64,000 nt of DNA from an uncultured bacterium (lineage in GTDB: Bacteria; Desulfobacterota; Syntrophorhabdia; Syntrophorhabdales; JANXAF01). This document shows, in pieces, positions 56,839 to 64,000 of this stretch (positions within the stretch are counted from its first letter, which is position 1; every line of letters begins with the position of its first letter). The stretch spans positions 106,974-170,973 of the forward strand of contig CALKEQ010000001.1 of NCBI GenBank assembly GCA_938084905.1, given 5' to 3'. A model generated the notes under the pieces. The model ran no database searches. It saw nothing but the letters and a program-made list of their open reading frames with translations, and was not told the DNA's origin. The position numbers and the translations under genes were made by a program.

Positions 56839-57811
56839 AATCACTTATGGCCCGTTTAAGTTCATCTGAAGAAGCCACCGCTGTCCCTCTTTTCATGACA
56901 ACGATCCCGGCTGCAAAGTTAGCTATCCTTGCCGCTGAATAAAAATCTGCACCAGAGGCAAGGGAAAGGGTAAAGGCCGCGCAGACCGTGTCACCTGCAC
57001 CTGTCACATCTGTAACCTCATCCTTTCCGAATACAGGAATATGGCGGATTTCTCCATCTTTTGTGAAAAGTGTCATCCCCATGTTTCCCCTCGTTATTAG
57101 AAGAGCTTTTAAGTCCAGCATTTGAAGGATCCTTTTCCCCATTTCCTCTATACTCAAATTCCTATTACCCCGCAAAAGCTCTTGAGCTTCATTTTCGTTT
57201 GGGGTAATAACTGTGAAGCCTTTAAAAAGGGAAAGACTGTACCTTGAGTCTCCAATTACAAGCGTTTCCCTTGCCAAATCTCTCATGATCCCTATTACCC
57301 TTCTGTCCACAACCCCGTGTCCGTAATCGGAAACGATAAAGGCATCAACCTTTCCCCTTACTCTCATTATCGACTCAATTATTTTTTCCTTTGCTTTTCT
57401 TGAAGGAGGAGTTTCCTCGATCTTATCTATCCTTATCACCTGCTGCTTGGAGGTGTGAGTGTCACCCGCAAGAATCCTAGTTTTTGTTGTGGTGCGCCTT
57501 TCGTCCCTTATCAGTCCCTCAGGATTTACATTTCCGGATCTGGAAAGCTGCTCCATAATTCTATCTCCCATTTCATCCTTGCCTATTATTCCTATGGGAT
57601 AAACGTAGGCTCCCAGTGCAACAAGGTTATTTATTGTATTTCCAGCACTTCCTGGAAAGATCTTTTCTTCTTCAAACTTAACAACAATTACCGGTGCCTC
57701 TCTCGAGAGTCTGTAAGGACGTCCAAAGACGAAGATATCGGCTATTATGTCTCCGACAACGCAGATCTTTTTCCCCTGAAACCGGTCTACTATTTCATTG
57801 AGATCTTCCAA
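56819..57811 (-). CDS. rfaE1: D-glycero-D-manno-heptose 7-phosphate kinase (RfaE domain I / HldA)
   Basis: RLSREAPV, TTTKTRI, SDYG.G, TPNENE, DVTGAGDTV. Confidence 0.92.
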   Translation of the reverse strand: MEDLNEIVDRFQGKKICVVGDIIADIFVFGRPYRLSREAPVIVVKFEEEKIFPGSAGNTINNLVALGAYVYPIGIIGKDEMGDRIMEQLSRSGNVNPEGLIRDERRTTTKTRILAGDTHTSKQQVIRIDKIEETPPSRKAKEKIIESIMRVRGKVDAFIVSDYGHGVVDRRVIGIMRDLARETLVIGDSRYSLSLFKGFTVITPNENEAQELLRGNRNLSIEEMGKRILQMLDLKALLITRGNMGMTLFTKDGEIRHIPVFGKDEVTDVTGAGDTVCAAFTLSLASGADFYSAARIANFAAGIVVMKRGTAVASSDELKRAISDYGKNST

Positions 57812-58796
57812 GATTTAGACACTCCTTTATTTTATCGAATACCATCTGAGGTTTTATGGCTTTCATACACTCGTGTCCCCTCTCACATACCCTTTTGTTG
57901 CAGGGACTGCATGGGACAGAAGCCTTAAGCTTGAAGGTCATATCTGAAGGGTACTCAGTGTATCTTTCATCCATCGGACCGATCAGCACAAAAGTCGGTA
58001 CTCCCAGGGAAGAACCTATGTGCCTGGGACCAGTATCGTTGCTAACTAAAAAGCAGGCATTCGAGATAAAAACCTTAAGATCTCTCACGCCCATGTACCT
58101 TATCTCTATCCCATCTTTCTTTTTCGAAAGGTCCCTTATCCTCTCAGCCTTTTTTCGCTCATCAAAATCTGGGAGGATGTAAACTTTCATTCCGTATTCC
58201 TCGAAGATCATATCGGCCAATTTTGCGAAATACTCCTCCGGCCAGCATTTGGATGGACCGTATTTTGCGCCAACCGAGAAGACTGCGTAAGGAACCTTCA
58301 AATTTTCGTTGATTTCGAAGAACCTTCTTTCCTCGTCTTCTGTGACCCTAAGGAACGGGGACTCACAGGTTCTTTTAAGATTGAGGAAATCGGCGATTTT
58401 TAAATAGTGCTCTACTGTTGGTTCAACTTCTCTTTTCGCTCTTAGCTTTCCATTCAAAATCACCCCTCTAAAATTCTTTGCATATCCGATCCTTCTCTTC
58501 ACGCCTGCCAGGAAAAAAAGGAGAGCAGCCCTAAAGGAATGGGGAAGGACAATTCCCGTTGTGAAACCTATTCTCCTTAAAATTGAGGAGGCTCTCAGCA
58601 TATCTAAAGGACCTATTTTGTCAATGGGAAAAAATCTGTCGAAAAGGTCCAGTCCGTTGTAAAGGTGTATGGCCTTCGTCTTTCCGCAGAACCACAATTC
58701 TCCATCAGTTTGCCTTCTCACTGAATGGAGAAGAGGAATTGCCATTACCATATCGCCAAGCCAATTAGGCAGATAAACTATTGTCCTTCCAGTCAC
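57795..58796 (-). CDS. waaF: LPS heptosyltransferase II
   Basis: PNWLGDMVM, LPHSFR, GAKYGPSKCWP, NDTGPRH, CSPC. Confidence 0.9.
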   Translation of the reverse strand: MTGRTIVYLPNWLGDMVMAIPLLHSVRRQTDGELWFCGKTKAIHLYNGLDLFDRFFPIDKIGPLDMLRASSILRRIGFTTGIVLPHSFRAALLFFLAGVKRRIGYAKNFRGVILNGKLRAKREVEPTVEHYLKIADFLNLKRTCESPFLRVTEDEERRFFEINENLKVPYAVFSVGAKYGPSKCWPEEYFAKLADMIFEEYGMKVYILPDFDERKKAERIRDLSKKKDGIEIRYMGVRDLKVFISNACFLVSNDTGPRHIGSSLGVPTFVLIGPMDERYTEYPSDMTFKLKASVPCSPCNKRVCERGHECMKAIKPQMVFDKIKECLNLGRSQ

Positions 58797-60270
58797 TTCT
58801 TACGCCCATAAATGGATTGTACCTTGTGGTGTAAAATAGTGCACACCTCTCCTCCATCTCCTTATCAATTTCTGACAGGATCTTCTGAATCGATTCCTTC
58901 TTTTTTTCGTAATCCTCTCTTGAGAGCCCCATAATCTCTCTTACAATAGCCATGTACTTCCCTTCCCCATCCACATTGGCGTACCCGTTAACAAAAGCAC
59001 AGAAAAAGCTCCTCAACTTCTCAACAAGGAGATCTACACTTTCACCAAGTCTCATACAGGTCCCATCTGTGAAATTGTCGAGTTCTCTCATCTTCTCAAA
59101 GTCTATCATATTGGCCTCTTTTGCTATTCTATAGGCCTCTGTTCCGACAAATGGGAAAAAGAGAGACCATCTCATTCTCCCTGGCTTGATTCTGGCAATC
59201 AACTTTACAGTCTCAAGAAGATCAAAAACCTCCTCATAGGGAAGTCCGAGCATAACGAATGCTGAGGTGTGCAGCCCCTTCTTGTGAGCGATTAGGAAGG
59301 CCTTTTCTATCTGGTCATTTGTCATATAGCGTCTAAGAACTCTCCTTCTTATCCTCTCACTTCCGCTTTCCAATCCGAACTTCACTATCCGGCATCCAGC
59401 CTCTTTAAGTAGAGATGCTATCTCCTCATCGAAAATCCGGGGATGGGCGTTACAGACAAATCCTATCCTTGTTACCTTTGGATACTTCTTTGAAAATTCT
59501 TCAAGCCAGACCTTGTCAAATGTGAATATGTCATCGTCAAATATGAACATCTTTATTCTTCTGTAATTTCTCAGAAGGTATTCGATTTCTTCCATTATTT
59601 CGTCAACTCTGTGCCTCCTCAGGTAATCTTTGGGAAGATAACCGTTTTTTTTATAGAGCTCAATTATTTTGTGGTTTAAGCAGTACGTACACCTGAAAGG
59701 ACACCCTCTTGAGGCAAGAAGCCCAACCCAACCATCTTTCGCGTCTATAATTTTTTGAAAATCGAATATCTCATAGTCTTTGAATGGAAGAGTGCTTAAG
59801 TCTATATAGGGCCTCAAAGGTTCAAAAAAAAGAGAACCTTCCCTTTTGTAACCAATATTTTTCACATTTTTCGCTTCCCCTTTAATCATCAATTCAGCAA
59901 TGGCCTCTTCTCCTTCTCCTACGCAAACGTAATCCACGTATGGGTTATTAAGCGTTCCCTCCGGATCCATTGTGGGATGGATCCCACCAAAGATAACTGG
60001 AATATCAAATTTCCATTTTAGCCTCCGTGCTATTTCGCAGGCGTACTTGTACTGGTTTGTCAAGACTGAAAAACCGATCAAGTCGGGCCTTATTCTAGCA
60101 ACATCTTTTTCAATTCTTTCATAATCTAATGGGTAACCAAGCTTTTCGTTAATGTTAAGAAGGAAGGTTTCGATTCCTCTGGTTTTAAGGAAAGAGGAAA
60201 TAAAAGAGATTCCGTAGTTAAAGCCTATCTGCGTGTTAAGATTTGGGTAGATGAAAAGTATCCTCCTCAC
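58765..60270 (-). CDS. B12-binding radical SAM protein
   Basis: N-terminal cobalamin-binding domain (GGIHPT, GEGE), SRGCPFRCTYC, DDIF, GLESGS. Confidence 0.92.
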   Translation of the reverse strand: MRRILFIYPNLNTQIGFNYGISFISSFLKTRGIETFLLNINEKLGYPLDYERIEKDVARIRPDLIGFSVLTNQYKYACEIARRLKWKFDIPVIFGGIHPTMDPEGTLNNPYVDYVCVGEGEEAIAELMIKGEAKNVKNIGYKREGSLFFEPLRPYIDLSTLPFKDYEIFDFQKIIDAKDGWVGLLASRGCPFRCTYCLNHKIIELYKKNGYLPKDYLRRHRVDEIMEEIEYLLRNYRRIKMFIFDDDIFTFDKVWLEEFSKKYPKVTRIGFVCNAHPRIFDEEIASLLKEAGCRIVKFGLESGSERIRRRVLRRYMTNDQIEKAFLIAHKKGLHTSAFVMLGLPYEEVFDLLETVKLIARIKPGRMRWSLFFPFVGTEAYRIAKEANMIDFEKMRELDNFTDGTCMRLGESVDLLVEKLRSFFCAFVNGYANVDGEGKYMAIVREIMGLSREDYEKKKESIQKILSEIDKEMEERCALFYTTRYNPFMGVRSDWKDNSLSA

Positions 60271-61334
60271 CTTTCAACTATCTCCCTATAAACCGATTTT
60301 ACAACCTCGAACACACCCTCAGAGCTTATCTCCTCTAAACAGATCCTTTCCCTGCATTTCCTCTTTTTGCAAGGGCTGCATGGTGCGTCGCTCTTTACGA
60401 TTTTCACACTCTCTCCGTAAGGACTGTTTATTCTTTCGTCTGAAGGTCCAAATATGGCAATGACCGGAATGCCCGCTAATGCTGCTACGTGTGTTATTCC
60501 AGAATCCCCACCTATGTACATGTGTGTCCTTGAAAAAAGGGCTAGAAGTTGCGGTACATTTGTAGGGCAGGAAATAATTACGTCCTTTTCAAAAAATTGA
60601 ACAAGCTTTTTAGCCTCCCTTTTTTCCTCCTCTGTGCCCCAAAGCACGATAAACTTAACTTCCATCTCTTTCCTTATCTTCTCTATGAGGCTTACGTATC
60701 TATCGAGAGGCCACCTTTTGTAAAAACCACGTACGCTCGAGAATGGGTTTACGGCAAAGATTTTCCCCTGAAGTCCCTCTTTCCGAAAGAAATCTTCCAC
60801 GTACATTTCATCCTCTTTAGGAACCCTGAAAGGAACATTCTCAAATCGTTCCCCTATTTTCAGCCGATCCAAAATTAGCATGTTCCTTTTGACCTTATGT
60901 AAATAAGGATCTTCTCCATTTATCCGCTCGTCGTAGAATATGTGAGAGCACTCCTTCGAGTACGGTTTACCAAAACCGATAAGTCTCTTTCTTCTAGATA
61001 GGAGACAGATAAAAACACTTCTCAGTATTCCATGGAAGTCGATAACCATGTCATATTCTTTTTCCCTTAAAGATCTAAAGAAATGGGCGAAAACCTTTCC
61101 ACTTTCTATAAAATTCCCCTTTGATAAGAGACGGAGGATCGTTTCTCTAGGAAACTTGATCACCTCGTTTACAAAATCCATACACAAAAGGAGCTCATAA
61201 GCGGAACCCTCGCAAACCCAATGTATCTTAGAGTTTGGCAGACCCATTTTTAAGGAATATACTGCCGGTAATGTCATTACTATATCGCCCAGTGATGAGA
61301 GCCTTACCACAAGGATTTTTTCAGGATGCAACAT
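60267..61334 (-). CDS. GT9 heptosyltransferase (WaaC-like)
   Basis: RLSSLGDIV, IDFHG, KRWP, DSGITHVA, FGP, CSPC. Confidence 0.88.
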   Translation of the reverse strand: MLHPEKILVVRLSSLGDIVMTLPAVYSLKMGLPNSKIHWVCEGSAYELLLCMDFVNEVIKFPRETILRLLSKGNFIESGKVFAHFFRSLREKEYDMVIDFHGILRSVFICLLSRRKRLIGFGKPYSKECSHIFYDERINGEDPYLHKVKRNMLILDRLKIGERFENVPFRVPKEDEMYVEDFFRKEGLQGKIFAVNPFSSVRGFYKRWPLDRYVSLIEKIRKEMEVKFIVLWGTEEEKREAKKLVQFFEKDVIISCPTNVPQLLALFSRTHMYIGGDSGITHVAALAGIPVIAIFGPSDERINSPYGESVKIVKSDAPCSPCKKRKCRERICLEEISSEGVFEVVKSVYREIVER

Positions 61335-61746
61335 CTTTTAAGATTTCGACAAGATCTTGAGGAAGAGAAATTGGCTTTTTATTTTTATCAACACATACGT
61401 GCTTCGTATAGCCTACAGCCAAAATCTTTCCATCTCTTAAGATCTCGTATTCGAATTTAAGACCCCTAGATTTCAATTCTTTTACGCATGTTCTAATAAC
61501 GAGAAGGTCATCGTAGGTTGCGGGAGAGAAATACTTAATGACAAGTTCGGTCACAACGAGATGGTAACCTTTCTCCTCAAGTTCTTTGTACGTAAGGCCA
61601 ATCTTTCTCATGAACTCGCTTCTTGCTATCTCAAAGTAGGTAGGATATGTTCCGTAATAGACTATCCCCATTTTATCCGTATCCGCGTACCTAACTCTTA
61701 CTGGAACATCTACCCACTTTTTTTCCTTTCCTTGAATCTCCTCCAT
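61321..61746 (-). CDS. YbgC/4HBT-family acyl-CoA thioesterase
   Basis: VRYADTDKMGIVYYGTY..FE.AR. Confidence 0.92.
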   Translation of the reverse strand: MEEIQGKEKKWVDVPVRVRYADTDKMGIVYYGTYPTYFEIARSEFMRKIGLTYKELEEKGYHLVVTELVIKYFSPATYDDLLVIRTCVKELKSRGLKFEYEILRDGKILAVGYTKHVCVDKNKKPISLPQDLVEILKDVAS

Positions 61747-61753
61747 GATGGGA

Positions 61754-62629
61754 CTATAAGGCCCTCAGATATTCTGGTTTTAAAAGTGAAGGATCTTTCC
61801 TTTCAAGCACGTATTTTATTGACCGGAGCATCCTTTCTTTATCCTCAGGAAGGTAACCTTTTACGGCCAGGTAATTGGACGCGTGGTTAGATGCAAAAAA
61901 TGTCCTTTTCACATTTATGTTCTCTATCATTACGTAAAGCTCATTTAGGAGTCTATAAGGGTCAGGTAGCTTAAACTTTCCAGCTTTTATCTCCTCCGCA
62001 AGTGGAGTACCTGGAATGACAATCACAGTCAAAGCTCCTATATAGTCAGGTTCGGTCCGACTAAGAAGCTTCCCTGTCTCTTCCGCATGGATTAGACTTC
62101 TATCCTCTCCTCCAATCCCTAAAAGTACTGTCACAGATAGAGTTATACCAGCCTCTTTCACTCTCCTCGAAGCCTCTTCAATCTTTTCAACTGTCGTCCC
62201 CTTGTTCATCCTGTCAAGTGTTACCTGGTCTCCTGACTCAACACCAAGGTATATTATTCCCAAACCGAGTTCCTTCAATCTTCTTAGGTCCTCGACAGAT
62301 TTTTTCAAAATCGACTTTACATTCCCATATATCCCTACTCTTTCCAATTTCGGAAATTTCTCCCTTATTTCCTCCATTATTGGCAGAAGCATCTTCTGTG
62401 GGATCACTAAGGCATCACCATCTGCGAGAAATACCCTTCTTATAAGCTTTGCATACCTTTCCGTCCTCGAAAGATCTTCTCTTATCTCATCCAAGCTTCT
62501 AACTCTAAACTTTTTCTCCTTGTAAGAGCCGCAGAACTTGCATCTGTTATGGCTGCACCCAATAGTTACTTGCAGGATGAGGCTTTCGGCCTCACTTGGT
62601 GGTCTAAATATGGCACCCTCGTACCTCAT
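61754..62629 (-). CDS. radical SAM protein (RPPSEA-type, function unknown)
   Basis: FRPPSEA, GCSHNRCKFC, FLADGDAL, GVESG, SNHASNY. Confidence 0.9.
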   Translation of the reverse strand: MRYEGAIFRPPSEAESLILQVTIGCSHNRCKFCGSYKEKKFRVRSLDEIREDLSRTERYAKLIRRVFLADGDALVIPQKMLLPIMEEIREKFPKLERVGIYGNVKSILKKSVEDLRRLKELGLGIIYLGVESGDQVTLDRMNKGTTVEKIEEASRRVKEAGITLSVTVLLGIGGEDRSLIHAEETGKLLSRTEPDYIGALTVIVIPGTPLAEEIKAGKFKLPDPYRLLNELYVMIENINVKRTFFASNHASNYLAVKGYLPEDKERMLRSIKYVLERKDPSLLKPEYLRAL

Positions 62630-62907
62630 GGTTCCAATTTGTATACTTTTTCCCCTTCTTTTATTAGACCCAGTCTCTTCCTAACAATCTGTTCAAGGTA
62701 GTCATTATCATTTCTTAACCGATCGATCTCTTGCCTCATCCTTTTGTTCTCTTCTTCAAGAGCGGCTATCCTTTTTAAGCTCCTGTTTAATTCCCTTTTC
62801 ACCTTTATAAAATCAAGAAGCCCCTCCTCTCCAAAAAAAAGGAGGTAACAAAGAGTCAAAATTAAAATGACTAAAAAAAAACCTTTTGAAGGGTAAGTGT
62901 GCACCAA
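62626..62907 (-). CDS. ftsB: septum formation initiator FtsB/DivIC
   Basis: TM, FGEEG, coiled coil, RKRLGLIKEGEKVY. Confidence 0.88.
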   Translation of the reverse strand: MVHTYPSKGFFLVILILTLCYLLFFGEEGLLDFIKVKRELNRSLKRIAALEEENKRMRQEIDRLRNDNDYLEQIVRKRLGLIKEGEKVYKLEP

Positions 62908-62912
62908 GACAT

Positions 62913-62941
62913 ATATTAACGGCTAAGTGGCAAAATGTCAA
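62913..62941 (-). promoter_or_regulatory. sigma70 promoter for the ftsB...rfaE operon
   Basis: Minus strand TTGACA-N17-TAATAT. Confidence 0.7.
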
Positions 62942-62950
62942 TCTTGGGCT

Positions 62951-63295
62951 TCATCTCTTTATAATCTCCAAGGTCACATGGTCTCCAAAAGAAGCAGTTA
63001 AAGCCTCTCCCAATTTTTCAAGATCCTCTTCATTTTCGCATTCCACAACTAAGTCTCTATCATCGAGGACCTTTAGAAATCCGTATCTTTTTACCAGATC
63101 GATTACTTTCTGAGGGTCGACGGTAATCCAGCCCTTCATTCTCCTAAGCAACTCCTCACCGCTTAAAGATCTTTCAATGGTGAGATCTATCTTTCTCATT
63201 TTACCTTCCCACCCTATTACTGCAGGCCTTACCTGTATGGGAGTTACGGGATCACCAATGGCAGCGCACCTGAAGTAGATTTTTGCTCTTACCAT
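62951..63295 (-). CDS. conserved-looking hypothetical protein (114 aa)
   Basis: ATG 63295 with GAGG SD; globular composition; no family recognised. Confidence 0.7.
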   Translation of the reverse strand: MVRAKIYFRCAAIGDPVTPIQVRPAVIGWEGKMRKIDLTIERSLSGEELLRRMKGWITVDPQKVIDLVKRYGFLKVLDDRDLVVECENEEDLEKLGEALTASFGDHVTLEIIKR

Positions 63296-63334
63296 CCTCT
63301 CACCTCTCTCCTTTTTTTTAAATTTTTCAAAATT

Positions 63335-63362
63335 TTGATTGTTCAATCAACAATGGTATAAT
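63335..63362 (+). promoter_or_regulatory. sigma70 promoter with overlapping palindromic operator
   Basis: TTGATT-N16-TATAAT with extended TG; palindrome TTGATTG-TT-CAATCAA at 63335-63350. Confidence 0.65.
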
Positions 63363-63390
63363 GACTTGAACTGAGCTACGGAGGAGACAA

Positions 63391-64000
63391 ATGGAACTGA
63401 AAGAAGCTCTCAAGACGAGGAGAAGCGTAAGAGCCTTCAAGGATGAACCTGTGCCAAAGGAGGTTCTAAGAAAGGTACTAGAATACGCAATATGCGCCCC
63501 TTCTGCTATAAATTTACAACCCTGGGAATTTGTAGTTGTTTCAGGAGAAGAGAAAAAAAGACTTTCAAGGAGACTCATTAAAGCTTACAGAGAAAAGAGG
63601 ATCTCATGCAGTCCTGGCAATGTAAAACCCCTTTCTCCAGTTTTTACAAGAAGAGGCGCCGATTCTTTTTCAGCTTTAAGCAAGTACGTAGAAGGAACGG
63701 GAAAAAAATTCGAAGACTTTATAAATGAGGGAAGCTGTGAATTTTACGGCGCTCCTTCAGCAATAATAGTGTGTCTCGATAATTCCTTCTCTCATAGAAG
63801 GTTTCTGGATATAGGAATAATGCTCGGCTATCTTCTTCTGGCAGCCCACGATTTTGGACTGGGAACATGCCCAATTGGGCTCATATCCGCGTACGAAGAT
63901 GAAATTAAGGAGCTCTTGAACATTCCAGAGAGTAAAAGTGTGGTGATGGGGGTAGCCATTGGATATCCTGACGTGGATAACCCGATCAATTCCTTTCGGA
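63391..64000 (+). CDS. nitroreductase-family protein (runs off window end)
   Basis: MELKEALKTRRSVRAF, APSAINLQPWEF, GLGTCPIG; GGAGG SD; absent from ORF track because truncated. Confidence 0.92.
   Translation, partial: MELKEALKTRRSVRAFKDEPVPKEVLRKVLEYAICAPSAINLQPWEFVVVSGEEKKRLSRRLIKAYREKRISCSPGNVKPLSPVFTRRGADSFSALSKYVEGTGKKFEDFINEGSCEFYGAPSAIIVCLDNSFSHRRFLDIGIMLGYLLLAAHDFGLGTCPIGLISAYEDEIKELLNIPESKSVVMGVAIGYPDVDNPINSFR

Overview
AT-rich, densely packed chromosomal window from a Gram-negative anaerobe. Gene content and order suggest a Desulfobacterota / Syntrophorhabdia-like organism (inference). Positions 1-32.7 kb hold a minus-strand chemotaxis and flagellar cluster: MCP-cheY-cheX, flrA-flrB-flrC-like sigma54 regulators, flgBC-fliEFGHIJ, fliK-flgDE, fliLMNOPQR-flhBAFG-fliA, and cheB-HEAT-cheR-cheY-cheA-cheW. 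Its regulatory code is readable: four sigma54 promoters, three sigma28 promoters and three FleQ-type GTCAA-N4-TTGAC boxes. Positions 32.8-64 kb are mostly housekeeping and metabolic genes: an EMO/HdrF-like membrane Fe-S oxidoreductase, a 2[4Fe-4S] ferredoxin missed by the ORF track, tRNA-Gly/Cys/Glu, prmA, trxB, rph, rdgB, cooC, plsC, ftsK, lolA, recO, an isc-like operon, greA, xseB-ispA-dxs-tlyA, yicC-gmk-rpoZ, an LPS heptose operon and a partial nitroreductase. No CRISPR array, transposase, integrase or prophage was seen. Best leads: (1) an operon of a ubiquitin-like sulfur carrier, a Zn-ribbon IscU and an IscS that has lost its PLP lysine and substrate-binding arginine; (2) a B12-dependent radical SAM gene wedged between two heptosyltransferases; (3) a coupled PfkB kinase / atypical formyltransferase / COG4030 HAD triad; (4) a 14-bp inverted repeat linking the sigma28 promoter to the cheB ribosome-binding site; (5) a co-degenerated FlhF pseudo-GTPase and truncated FlhG. 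All family assignments come from motif recognition by eye; no database searches were run.
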